Source: Negaprion brevirostris (taxonomy: Eukaryota). Taken from it: 64,000 nucleotides of DNA. The DNA is taken from assembly GCA_030324005.1 (NCBI GenBank), contig JARDVH010000110.1:32445505-32509504 (forward strand). Reading direction: 5' to 3'. The notes under the pieces are model-generated. The model was given only the letters and a program-made list of their open reading frames with translations, was not told where the DNA came from and ran no database searches. Position numbers and translations under genes: made by a program. Of this stretch, positions 1 to 12,102 are shown piece after piece (positions within the stretch are counted from its first letter, which is position 1; each line of letters starts with the position of its first letter).

Positions 1-366
1 TAGGAGGCTTAGAAGTGATCTTATAGAAGTCTATAAAATAATGAGGGCATGGATAAGATAGATAGTCAACACCTTTTCCCAGAGGTAGGGGAGTCTAAAA
101 CTGGAGAACATAGGTTTAAGATGAGCGGGGAGAGATCAAAAGGGTCCAGAGGGACAATTTTTTCAGTCAGCGGATGGTGAGTGTCTAGAACAAACTGCCA
201 GAGGTAGTCGTAGAGGTGGGTACAATTTTGTCTTTTAAAAAGCATTTAGACAGTTACATGGGTAAGATGGATATAGAGGTATATGGGCCAAATTGGTAAA
301 AATTGGGCAGCATGGACAAGTTGGGCCAAAGGGCCTGGTTCCATGCTGTACACCTCTTTGACTTGA
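1..366 (+). mobile_element. CR1-type LINE, ORF2 C-terminus and 3' UTR (truncated by window start)
   Basis: Translates RRLRSDLIEVYKIMR, then a typical CR1 3' region ending in gggccaaagggcctggttccatgctgta. Confidence 0.9.
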
Positions 367-1011
367 TGATAGCTGGAAATTACCAGGATTGAGGACGGCT
401 GACTTAAATATTTTAAGTAAAACAATTTATTTCAGTAGCCTATTTCCAACATCTGCTATATTATGTCTTTGTTTAATTATAAATTTAGCAAGTTTCAGAA
501 GATTATATCATTGGAACAAAGCTGTGGAATTGAGAATCTGATAAAGACTCCGGCAAGAATTTATGGCTGGTGATAACAATGGCCAAACACTCATATGTGT
601 CCATATTGTATTCATCTTTCTGATATTGTATTGATGCCATTAATTCATTCTAATTAAACAGGTAAGTACTCTTAAATTAAATGGCTGATTGAAGAATTTA
701 ATGTAAGTGTTCCACTGATATTATCACAAAAATTAATTTTTGGTCGCTTTAAAACTTCTGGCACACTCAAAACAGTTATTCCCCAATACAGCATACATTG
801 CAATCATTAAAAGCTTGCAAAATGAAAATGAGATTTGCAGAAACAGAAACAAAGCAACCAATTGTGTTCTCAGTGTTACCTGCCAACAGCTTCCAGCCTG
901 AGGGCTTTGCAATCTATTATACTTTTATTGATCATCATGTGATCCTCACATTTTTCCATGAATGTTGAATCCTGATTATTATAGATATTGTTCCCTGGTT
1001 AATTTTTATTC

Positions 1012-1565
1012 AGTCACACGATGTGAGAGTAAATGGCAAAGGCATTGGTTATTTCCCATCCCAAATGCCTTTGAGAAGGTGATGGTGAGTCAGTTGCTTG
1101 AATCGTTGTAGTCCTTGTGATGTACGTATATCCACAGTGCTGCTAGGGAAGGTGTTCCAGGATCTTGACCCAGTGGCAATGGAGGAACAGTGATATAGTT
1201 CCAAATCAGTGATGTCAAGGGAACTTGCAGGTGATGATGCTGCCATTCACTTGCTGTTCTTATTCTTTCAGGTGGTAGAGATCACAGGTTTGGGAGATAT
1301 AGTTGAAGAAACCTTGGTAAGTTGCTTCAGTGCATCTTATTGATTGTACACACTGCAGTCACAATATCTCTGTGATGGAAGGAGTGAGTGTTTAAGGTGG
1401 TGGATGCGGTACCAGTCAAACAAGTTGCTTTGTCCTGGATGACTTTGAGTGTTGTTGAAGCTGAATTCATCCAAACAAGTGGAGAGTATTTCGTCACATG
1501 CCTGATTTTACCTTGTAGGTGATGGAAAGATTTTGGAAACTCAATAGTTGAGTTACTTACCACAA
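1012..1565 (-). mobile_element. CR1-superfamily LINE (second family), RT C-terminus and 3' UTR
   Basis: Minus ORF YSPLVWMNSASTTLKVIQDKATCLTGTASTTLNTHSFHHR; related copies at 33090-33545 and 60440-61340. Confidence 0.8.
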
Positions 1566-1979
1566 AACGTTGGTTGTACATTTACTGGAACTGGAGGCAC
1601 TGGAGTACTGCAGAACATCAGATTAACCTGCACGTCTCCAAGGAAGGATTGCCTCCCAAGTGTGGCTGCAACCCTGCCTTGTGCCTGTCAATGCTCTTTA
1701 GAGTATAAAATGGCATCAGGGCTGTTGGAGTCAGCGGGATGTGTCCCCTGCCAACTCTTCGGTCATGGAGGCCATGCCCCTACCATCCTGAAAATTCAGA
1801 CCATCGTCTTTGATGTAGCCAACATCTTCAGTAAAAAAAATAAAGGACAGGTGCTGATCATTGGAAGTTGCAAATCACAGCTCCCCAATTCTCTGCCTAT
1901 TAGCAACAGAAAAAATTTGCATTTATATAGTGTTTTTGCCTTTGAAAAACAATCTAAATAGTGACACAGAAATATTGCA

Positions 1980-2252
1980 TGGGATTCTCCGGTCTTATCA
2001 TGGCAGGGACCCATTGCATGCGAGAATGGAAAATCTGGCATTACAGCTAAATTTACACATTCATACACTTTCAGCAGCACCGGAAAATCCCAGCCGCAAA
2101 CGAGGTCGGAGAATTTGGCCACAGAATCCTCTGGTCTCGCATGCTATGCTGCTGCTGTCGGTGAGAATGGAGAATTTGGCAGTCAGCCAAATCTTTATTC
2201 ACAGCAACAGGACTGGATAATCACAGCTTCAGGACGGTGGGACAATTCCGGC
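1980..2252. mobile_element. Two adjacent ~135-bp MITE-like units (probably Harbinger-derived)
   Basis: Each unit starts gg(g)attctcc/agaatcctct, ends ggagaatttggcc/gacaattccggcc, and shares a gagaatggaRaatYtggca core. Confidence 0.55.
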
Positions 2253-2883
2253 CTTAATTATAAAAATGTATTCTGAGTGAAAGAGGGATCTATTGGAGAA
2301 GTGACTCAAAACTTGGTGAAAGCGATTTGTTTTAAGGTGGATTTAAAATGACGATAAAGAAAGAGCCGTATGGAATGGTTTAGAGAATTTTATAATTTAG
2401 ACTTTGATGGCTCTGAAAGGTCTGATATTATGGCTGATTTCTGAACTTGATGGTTTCCAAAGAGACTAATTGTTTCTGATTAGAGATCAAGATCTTCACA
2501 GCAATACAATGTTTGTGAGAGAAGTCAAACATGAGATTAGAAACTTGAGCAAGTGCCCTCTCAAAAGGAATTAGTCAGGTGATGGCTGTTGGGTGTCTTC
2601 AAGTGAAGAAATTGACCCAAAAGTTGACCTTTCTGCGAAAGCCAAAAGATGTTTTTGCAGGTGAGGCTACCACTCCAAATGATGAAGTCACTGCCTGATT
2701 CTGTACTTCAGTCATTTAGTGTGACAGCAGAGACTGGGCAAAACATTGTCCAAACAACTGTTTTCAACACTCATGCCAAATACCCATTTCCCTGCCTGAA
2801 ATCAATAGAACTCTGTTCAGGTGATTAATTTGTTATTATATACTGCCGCTTCCAGTTGAACAATCAGAAATAAGGTTGACACC

Positions 2884-3536
2884 CAGAAGTAGAAATGGTC
2901 AAAAGTTTCATGTTTTTAGGTGTCCAGATCACCAACAACCTGTCCTGGTCCCCCCATGCTGACACTATAGTTAAGAAAGCCCACCAANNNNNNNNNNNNN
3001 NNNNNNNNNNNNNNNNNNNNNNNNNNNNNNNNNNNNNNNNNNNNNNNNNNNNNNNNNNNNNNNNNNNNNNNNNNNNNNNNNNNNNNNNNNNNNNNNNNNN
3101 NNNNNNNNNNNNNNNNNNNNNNNNNNNNNNNNNNNNNNNNNNNNNNNNNNNNNNNNNNNNNNNNNNNNNNNNNNNNNNNNNNNNNNNNNNNNNNNNNNNN
3201 NNNNNNNNNNNNNNNNNNNNNNNNNNNNNNNNNNNNNNNNNNNNNNNNNNNNNNNNNNNNNNNNNNNNNNNNNNNNNATCAAGAAAAAGATACAAAAGTC
3301 TGAGGTTGTGCACCAATTGACCCAAAAACAGTTTTGTTCCTGCTGCCATCAGACTTTTGAATGGACCTTCCTCACATTAAGTTGATCTTTCTCTACACCC
3401 TAGCTATGACTGTAACACTGCATTCTGCACTCTCTCATTTCCTTCTGAATGAATGGAATGCTTTGCCTGTATAGCACACAAGAATCAATACTTTTCACTG
3501 TATACTAATACATGTGACAATAATAAATCAAATCAA
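2884..3536 (+). mobile_element. Rex1/Babar-type LINE 3' fragment (spans an N gap)
   Basis: VEMVKSFMFLGVQITNNLSWSPHADTIVKKAHQ; tail acatgtgacaataataaatcaaatcaa. Confidence 0.85.
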
Positions 3537-3594
3537 CCTCATTATTATTTTGAGACACACTTGAACTCCATTTTTAATTGGGAGGAGCAAAACA

Positions 3595-4010
3595 CTCAAA
3601 AATGTCAAAGAGGGTGTATAAATATAATTCACAAGATTGGAGAAGCTGCTCTCCTGAGAACAGAGAAGATTAAGAGCAGATTTGACAGGAAGGGTCTGGA
3701 CAGATTAGATAGGGAAAAATTGTTCCTATTTATGGAAGAATTGATGATACCCATTTAAGGGTATTGGCAAAAGAAGCAAGGATGGCGTGAGGAAAGAAAT
3801 CTTTACATTTGGATCTGAATTCACTGCCTGGGAATGTGCTGAGGCAAGTTCAATCAAAAGCCTTCAAAAAAGAACTGGATAATTATCTGGGGACTAAAAA
3901 CTAAAGAGCTATTGGGAAGAGGCGGAGGAGTGGGACAAGATGAGTTGCACTTGCAGGGAGCCAGTAAGCACAAGATGGGCAAAATGGCCCCCTTCTGTTT
4001 TGTAATTATT
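3595..4010 (+). mobile_element. Degraded CR1 3' fragment
   Basis: KGLDRLDREKLF motif and CR1-like 3' UTR (gatgggcaaaatggccccc). Confidence 0.7.
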
Positions 4011-4884
4011 CTGGGACTCAAGGATTCTATGAAAGAAAAAACAACATCATTAAAAAGTTCTGAGATAAGTTATGTTTCTGTGCTTCCCATGGGTCACAGT
4101 TGTAGAAGAAGTAACACAGAGCTGCGATAATTTAAAGGTCACTTTTGAGATCTGTGAAAACTTGACTCTTCCATTCAACTGATTGACTTTCACAGAGAAT
4201 AATTATGACTCAATGTCAGATCCTGAAATAAAAGCATAGCTGAAAGAAAATTGTGCTGTACATACTGAAGTCTCTGCCAGAATTTTCTACTGTAGCTAAG
4301 GGTCTGCTTACATCTATGGTCTGATTCTGATTCTTACCTAAAGCAATCATTAGTGGGAAAACTTGTGGGTAATCATGAGTTCAGAGCAGAATCCTGCTGT
4401 CACAGCAGCATTGCAGTGCTGGATCTCACACTGTTCAGATTAAAAAATTAATAAGGGGCTATTTTGGTGAAAGAATACACTTCAGCACACATTGAAGTGT
4501 TGAAGACAGCTTTCCAGTATCCTAAGGACATCTGCTTTTATATTTTCATTACACAAGTGGTTTTAACTTACCACTAAGATAACACAGCCATAAAAGTTAA
4601 ATTCTGAAGTGAACACTTTATGTAACTTTTCTATTAACAGGGACTTAGATGAAATAACCTTCGAAATGTGGGTTTTTTTATGTATGTTTTGTAATGAACT
4701 GAAGGTTGAGGGACTATGTAGAATTCCCACTTCCATTAACAGGTAGGTGCTGTTGTTCACCCAGAAAGTTCCAGCCAGCGTGGATTCTGACCTGCTAACT
4801 GTTCCAGCACCACCTATGATTTCAATTNNNNNNNNNNNNNNNNNNAAGCTGCTTCACAGAATTGTATCACATAATATTTTACAC

Positions 4885-5585
4885 TAAGAGTTGCATTTTA
4901 TGGGGGTGGGGCATGTGTAATGCTTGCAACCCGCCCAACTCCCCCCAACCTCCAGAATAGAAATCAGTTTGAAACCCACCAACTTTTTAAAAAAGTCACC
5001 TGGCAGCATTAACATGTTCCAGTGAGCCGAGGGTTAGGCCTTTGTCCCTCAGTGGAAGAAAGTCCCACTCTCAACAGCTGCTGGCCAATCTAATCAATTG
5101 GTAGCTCTAGCCATGCCCTCGGTGCCAGAACCCTGTAGTGGGCACTGCTTGGACTGCAAGGAGGAGATTGAAGGTGAACACAAGACCCAGGTAGTCCCTG
5201 GGCTTTTAAGGTGGGGAGACATCAGGCACCCTGGGGACAGGATGAGGTGAAATGGGGAGGTGCGAATGGATTTTGGAAGCTAGGATGAGAGGGACAAAGT
5301 GGGAAAGAGGTTGGGGTAACACCTTGGGGTGGACACCCCTGATGCACATGGGGTGGCATCTTTCCAGATGATGTGTCTACACTTTCTTGTCATGCTTGTT
5401 AAAGCAAAGAAACAGCCTTTCCACATTCCGCCTGTTCTGCACATTATAGCAGTGGAGGTAGATAGGACGTCTGAAGTGGATAATAATTGGCTACCTAAGG
5501 CCCTTAATAGGACCAAGGGTGACAGTCTAGTGACCACCTCACCCATTCCTGGAACTGGATCAGGGTGAATAGGAAGGCTTTCCAC
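4885..5585. mobile_element. Degraded non-autonomous DNA element (MITE-like)
   Basis: GC-rich block sharing gccaatc..gcagctct and ccttaatagg motifs with 58490-59260. Confidence 0.4.
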
Positions 5586-5689
5586 ATTTGTTATGACATA
5601 TAAAATATTGACTCATTTTATGTGCCCCAGCCCATCCAAAACATATCCAGTGCAGTTTGGGCAGGGAGTTGGGGAGCATAAAATCCAGC

Positions 5690-6090
5690 CCCGACTCACA
5701 TAAGGAGATAATAGAACAGGTGTACATAAACTCATCAAAGAGGTAAATTTTAAGGACCATCTTAAAGGACAATGGGGAGGTGGAGAGGTGGGAATGTTTA
5801 GGAAAGGAAACCCAAGCCAACGCCTTGCAGCCAAAGGGCGACCAACTGATGGTCACCTTCTGTGCCTTGATTCAACAGTGAGGTCTACTCAGGGCCCTGA
5901 ATTTCTGCCCTGGATCTTCAATGATGTCGTGATTAAAGCAGAATGTGCAAAAGGCCAGAATTTGAGGAGTGTAGAGATCTCAGAGTCTGAAAGACTGGGG
6001 AGGTTATGAAGAAAGGAGAGGATGAAGCAACGGTAGGATTTGAAAACAAGAACAAAAGTTTTAAAGTTGGAATAGAGAGGTACAGATGCA
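5690..6090 (-). mobile_element. L2 LINE 3' fragment
   Basis: Minus frames give FKTFVLVFKS and RSLHSSNSGLLHI, typical of the L2 ORF2 C-terminus. Confidence 0.75.
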
Positions 6091-8344
6091 TGACACTTGA
6101 TGTGAAATAGGAAATGCACAATGGAATTTTGAATAAGATAGTAATAAGTCATTTGGTGGCAAAAGGAGAATTATGGGGTGGAGAGACCTGTTGCATAATC
6201 CTTGCCTTCCAGGAAAGGCTCACATTATTCTGTGTACTCACAGAAATACAGAGCATCTAATTATGCGCCATTTAGTGTGTTTTGTTAGTGGGTGACCAGT
6301 AGGAGATTCAGTACAGGCCATGGGCATATAGGACATCACTGCAGGAGACAGCTGGTACCGTTTTTGTACAATGTAATGAACTGCTCTGACTGAAAGCTGC
6401 AGCAATTGCAGTGATTTTCCTAGTTTGGGAGTTTTAACTGTGTACCTGAGGATGCAATGGGGATGAAATTGGCTCTTAGCCCTAGCAAACTGGATGATAG
6501 CAAATGGCATGAATTTACTCAACTCCACGGAGGTGGATCTGGAAGGGCAGATTCCTAAAGTGGCGTATCAGGTCAGAGATGCACTTCCAAAAACTGGCAA
6601 CTCTACCAGAGACTGGGTCACGTTGCCAGTGGTTGCCCACCTACCAGCAGTGGGTAGCCAATTAGTTGAGTTAAGGGCTTGCTTGGCGGCAGGGTGAAGA
6701 TCATGGTGGGATTCTCCTGTTGTGGATTAGCTTCCTGTTGAGTCGTGAGGCTGATGACAGGTAGTCTCCTGGTAGCAGACTCTGAGTCATCGACACCTCT
6801 ACTCAATCTTGAGCCTGGAACCACTGGTCCCAACTTTGGCTGCAAGCCATCTTATTACCTTTCACACTGATGGCCTGAAAACTTTGACCATACAAGATCT
6901 TTAATTTATTCTGATGTTGCAGAATACATGCTGCTTTTGAGGCACCCTTATCATCTCTTGCCTACCTCAACAATGCTCACCTCAACTGACAATAGCTTCT
7001 TTATTGGACAGGACTGCAGGAAAATCTTGACCAATGTCCTGCTACCGCAGGGTTCCAAAGCCTTTCCTCCTTGTTTCCTGTTCCTGTCAGGTAACTTCTA
7101 AACCTGAATTGATTCTTTCCTCTAGCTAAGACTAGGCAAATCTCCCAGCCTTATTTTAAATTGAACTTGGTCTTTTCGATCTGAATGTGAGCTGTCACTT
7201 GCCTTCTGCATGGTGAATAATAAAGACAGCATTTCCTCTGCCTCAGGGTAGGACTGGCTGCATTTATGTTTCTGCTTTCTCTCCCTCTCTTAGATTCTTT
7301 TAGATTGACCTGACAGTGAGGTTCAGGGATTCCTTGAGAAACCTGTAATCTCACTGGTCTCTATTGACTTTTCCTTCCTAATGCCAATCCCCATGGCAGT
7401 GTGAATAACTTGCTTTATATCTGGGCAGAAATGCAAATTACTTTTCCTCAAGACCTCCTTCTTTATCTTGGAACGAAATGGACAATTCAAAGTGTAACTT
7501 CATAAAACCTGATATTCCCAACATTCTCTGTGAGACCGGGAGACAAGAATGCACCCAGTATTAACAGATGTTCATGCCATTTTCCACTGGTGTGAACATC
7601 TTGAACCTTCTACCCAGCGAAACAACCTAGGTCCCTCTTTAACCTTCAACAATCAAGCCATTCAGACTTGTTATCAAGCAGAATCCAGACAGGTCACATG
7701 GCTCCCGCCTTCTTTTCTCTATTTTATTCTAACTGCTTCTCATTAGCTCATAAACATTTTTTTGAAAATCATGTAACTGAATGCTGCTAGTTCTGTCAGT
7801 GCCTTAATGTCTAATAATTTAAAAATCTTACCATCCCATTTGGGGTTCCACCTACAGAGCCCAAGGTAGCAGTTGAAGTTCATGGTCAACAGAGGCGAAA
7901 AATAAGGTTAACTTGGGTGGGTTAAGAATGTTGGGACAAGGGTAGGTGAGAGGGAAGAGTAGAATGTACAGGATCAGGTTTCAAAAGTTATATGTCTCTT
8001 TTGAAGAACAACTTTTCTGAATATAAGATCAGTCAAAGTTGGGGGAAGGACGTTTTGTGTGGGTGGAGTTCATTTTGTGCACCATCGGTGATTAAAGGGA
8101 CTCCCTAATAATTAGTTAAATGGATGAGAAATCTGGATGAGCATGCCCTTAAATGTATGTCTTCCCTCTTCAAGATCCAGCTCGCTGCCTTCAGTTGGAA
8201 CTTGCTTACGTGCCAATTAAGTGGCTAACTCCAGAAAAATCCCAGATAGTGGCCATTCTTCCTTGGACAAGTTCAGGACTTGGAAATAATTTGAACTTTC
8301 ACTTGTGGGTGGGTAAAAGCCAAGGAGCCATTAATATAAGGTGG

Positions 8345-8580
8345 CCACAAATAAATTTAAGTAAGAAGTCATGAGAAAGTGCTTTCCACAGAGAACAATT
8401 AGATAGTCAAACTGACTATCACATGGATTGGCTAAGGTAACAAGCGCAGTTCCCATCAAGAAGAAGCTAAGTAAGTGCATGACAGAGAAAGAAATAAAGG
8501 ATGTGATGATTGGATGAGAAAAAATAGGAAAATAAACAGGGGCATAGACCTGAGGGACTGACTGAGCTATTTCTCTTCAA
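8345..8580 (+). mobile_element. Highly degraded CR1 3' UTR
   Basis: atgagaaagtgctttccacagaga... resembles other CR1 3' copies in the window. Confidence 0.5.
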
Positions 8581-8807
8581 TGAATCCTATGGAACATCCC
8601 ATCACTGCAGAAACTGGTTAAACAAAATGTTATTTTCAGAGCTTTTTTTTGATATGGTTGTGAGATATTGACCCAGATCATCCATAAAATGGCAATCCTC
8701 ATCAAAATGTCCCTCCAATATAAGTTTTCAATGCAATGACGGTGCTAGGTATTTCTGGCCAGTCCTTCCAAAGCCAGCTTCTGCCAAAGTGAGTATATCC
8801 CACAAAG

Positions 8808-8862
8808 ATATAGCATCAGAGTTGTATAGCATCAAAGATATAGCATCAGAGCTGTAGCATCA
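8808..8862. repeat. Short imperfect tandem repeat containing four tagcatca units
   Basis: atatagcatcagagttgtatagcatcaaagatatagcatcagagctgtagcatcag. Confidence 0.8.
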
Positions 8863-9191
8863 GGGAAGACAAGCCATGCCCTCTTTGATTGAGGAGTCTA
8901 TTCTGCAGTCACTCAGGAGTTAGGCTGGGGCTGGAATTTTCCATGCTGGCGATGAAATGAGGTGTTGGATGGGAAAGTCGGTGTGATTCCAGTTATGCGG
9001 TGGTGGGGGGGGGATTTATCCAGCTAATTTTCCACTTCATGGCTCATTAATTATGCATCATTGAATATTGTGTGGGGCTGACAGGGATTTGTCTGACCCA
9101 CCACTATCCCATAGGAAAGTCCTGCTGGCATATTTAAATGGCACTCATTCACTCATTGCAGGACAGGTGTGTTGTACCGTTCCTCTTCATC

Positions 9192-9398
9192 ATGGTGACC
9201 AAAAGGACAAGACGCTCCACTCCACAGTACAGTGAGATCTTCCTCGGGATTCTCCTTTAGACCATCAAGGAGAGCTGGGAGATACTCTTCCCTTAGGCTA
9301 GGACCATGCTGACCTGGGAGGAAGTGACCAGGGAAATCATTGCACGTGTTCAACAGAAAGGGACCACCTTGCAATGGGGGAACAGAATGAATGATTTG
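9192..9398 (+). pseudogene. Myb/SANT-like DNA-binding domain relic (Harbinger accessory gene)
   Basis: MVTKRTRRSTPQYSEIFLGILL*TIKESWEILFP* ... WEEVTREIIARVQQKGTTLQWGNRMNDL; premature stops; not in the ORF track. Confidence 0.75.
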
Positions 9399-10270
9399 AA
9401 ACCTCTACTGACTCCAAACTCACAAACGTTCAGGAGAACCAGGCAATCTAAGGATTGAAGTCCACAGGGATGTCAAACACGACAAACAGATGGGACATCA
9501 GCACTGCATGTTTGTCAGCCACTTTAAGATCGCCATCTTGTGTAGGAGTCTTAATATCTTAATATCTTATAGAGGAGGGCTAAGCACACACAACAGGCAT
9601 GCATACTCCTGAACTGCCCTTTCATCCATAGCATACATAGTCAATCCACCTGCCATTATGAAGAACAAGTTTCTGCACAACAAACTGGAGCAAAACAAAG
9701 GCAGGAGGTTGGACTCCTGAACTGAGAACATCCTCCTCCCATGAGAAGCAGGCAGCAAAGCTCACTGGAGTGGACACAGATCAGTCTTGAGGGAAAGGTG
9801 TAACTAGCCTCCTCCAACAAGCCAGTGAGAGTCCATCCAGTATCCATCAACATGGGGACAATGACAGTGAGTGACTAATTATGTTGGAGCTTGTCTCAGC
9901 AATTACTCATTTTCTCTGCTCACTATTTCAGCCATCAGCAAGAAAAGGTGCAGCAAAAGCTGCAACAGGAGCCCCAGACTGCAGACTGCCTCAGATGAGA
10001 ATGTAGAGGAACCATCCACTGGGACCCATCACTGCATTCACCTGCATCCTCCGTCAGGACAGATAAATACACCTTGTTCTAAAGTAGGCTTGCCTCACGA
10101 ATATGTTTCCACTGCCGGCAGAGGCAATGGACCTGAGGTCTCTGGGATTTGAGGATTGCTGTGGACCAGGCCCCAGGTGGGTCGAGTTTGATGGTGAGCC
10201 TGTGGAATGGACCCTAAGAGAAGTTACAAAGACAGGCAGGGAAACATCAGATAGAGTTGCTGAAGACTGT

Positions 10271-10385
10271 CAGCACATTTGAAACCAACAGAGAAAATGC
10301 TGGAAAATCTCAGCAGGAGTGGCAGCATCTGTAAGGAGAAAAAAGAGCTGACGTTTCAAGTCCAGATGATCCTTTGCGCGCTTGA
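10271..10385 (-). mobile_element. Penelope-like terminal fragment inserted in the Harbinger relic
   Basis: aaatgctggaaaatctcagcagg...gcagcatctgt...gacgtttc; the minus strand retains a degenerate ...GAAACGTC hammerhead half. Confidence 0.65.
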
Positions 10386-11081
10386 ACAAAGGATGGAGGA
10401 ATCTGTCCACATTCTGCCTGATGTAATGACATGAGAGTGCACTGAGGTCTCCGTAGGAATGGTGGCAGCTTTGAAGACCCAGGTTCAGCAATTTCTGCCA
10501 GATTTGCAGTTGAACTTGCAAACCATCACTGTAGCTCTGCAGTTCCAGCGTGGTAGGCAAGTGGGGGACAAGACACCTTGACATTCCTTCAGGTTCCCCC
10601 TTCTCCTCTCAGAGTCAGAGATGGGCCCAAAGACATCCAAAAGTAAGAGGTACACCAGCATGATAGTCCAGGAGCATCCGTCCAGAACACTTCAAGGATA
10701 TTTTGCTGCTCCAGGTCCCCTCTACCAGTCACCTCATCAACCTCAGTAGGTCTGACTGAGGAAGGTTTGCCAAAGCAGCAGAACCGTCAGAGGTTGTGGG
10801 AGCAGAAAGTTCCAGCCGCAGGTTAGTCTGTCTATAATTTCCTGGGCAACTATCCAGTTAATACAGCAGAACTGTTGAGGTTTCCAACTCTAAGTCGGAG
10901 ACAATCGTGGAGATTCCCGAGGAGCAGGGGAATTGCCTGTCTGAAGTTCAAACATCCTGGGCAATTCCTACATAGATGAGCCTGTTGGGACTTTGGCAGG
11001 GTCATATGTTGTGGGTCGTAGATCTGCCTTCTGACAATCCAGTGACCAGAACATCTGAGTCTTTATATACAGTATAACATC

Positions 11082-11380
11082 TATAGAATCATAAAATCCC
11101 TACGGTGCAGAAGCAGATCATTCAGCCCGTCAAGCCTGTACCAAAGACAATCCCACCCAGGATCTATCCCCCTAAACCCACGTATTTACCCTGCTAATCC
11201 TCATGATACTCAGGGTAACTTAGTACAGCCAATCAACTCAACCTGCACAGAGTGCGGGAGGAAACCAGAACACCCAGGTGAAACCCACACAGACACAGGG
11301 AGAATGTGCAAATTCCACATAGAAAGTGTCCCAAGGCTGGGACTGAACTCAGGCACTGGGGCAGGAGTGCTAATACTGGG
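11082..11380 (-). mobile_element. HE1/V-SINE, CR1-type tail
   Basis: V-domain reverse complement gggaggaaaccagaacacccaggtgaaacccacacagacacagggagaatgtgcaaa; tail atagaatcataaaatccctac. Confidence 0.85.
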
Positions 11381-12046
11381 CCCCCCCTCCCCTGCTCTGG
11401 AGTGGATATTATTCAGGCCATTATCTGCTTCCCCAGAATTATGTAATTTCTTTCCAGGACATTAATATTATTTTATCTTGCTCACGATTTGTTGACCTCC
11501 AGTTACATTTCTGTAAAGTAGGCTACAAATCTGATTCCCCCTTGCAGCACAGTGTGGAATCTTGTGTATGTGAGCAGTGTTACAAGCAGATTTACTGATT
11601 ATGGTACATTGCTGAATTACTTAGAGCAACAGAAAGTCTAGGTTTTTTGGTCACTTGATTTGGTGATTCATAACTTTGTCCGTACGCTGTAGGTTATATT
11701 TTCATGGTCTGCTGGGTTCCACATATTAACGTACAATTTTTCATATTATCTCTTTGGAACCAATTCATTTTCCTCATCAGCTTATGCTAAGCACCCTGAT
11801 TAACTGTATGTCTCATTTACATAACCTAATTCCTTATAAGTTTTCAGTTATTTTGCAATCTTTCATTTGCATATTTCCTTTGATCTTTGAGCAATTTACA
11901 TCAAATCTAAGTAAGAATTTCCAGGGCTGATGCCAGTCTTGATGTTTGTTATGCAATAAGACAGGGGAGAAGTCTCCAGCTTCCTTTAGTTGCTACTTTA
12001 TTTAGTTGTCTACCAATATTTTCTTTGATCAAACTATCTTTTGACA

Positions 12047-12102
12047 TTTTGATTTGATTTATTATTGTCACATGTATTAGTATACAGTGAAAATATTGTT
12101 TC
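12047..12102 (-). mobile_element. Rex1 3' tail running into an N gap
   Basis: Near-exact reverse complement of 3490-3536. Confidence 0.8.

Larger units (their letters stand above)
8927..10800 (+). mobile_element. Decayed PIF/Harbinger-type DNA transposon
   Basis: Left end ggggctggaattttcc resembles the local MITE termini; contains a Myb/SANT relic; right boundary uncertain. Confidence 0.6.

Noticed and set aside
600-670. Isolated strong splice donors (661, 15678, 18452, 38646)
   Set aside because: No convincing upstream acceptor plus recognisable open frame; such motifs are expected by chance in 64 kb.
8808-8862. CRISPR-like repeat array
   Set aside because: Units are very short without unique spacers, there are no cas genes, and the context is vertebrate.
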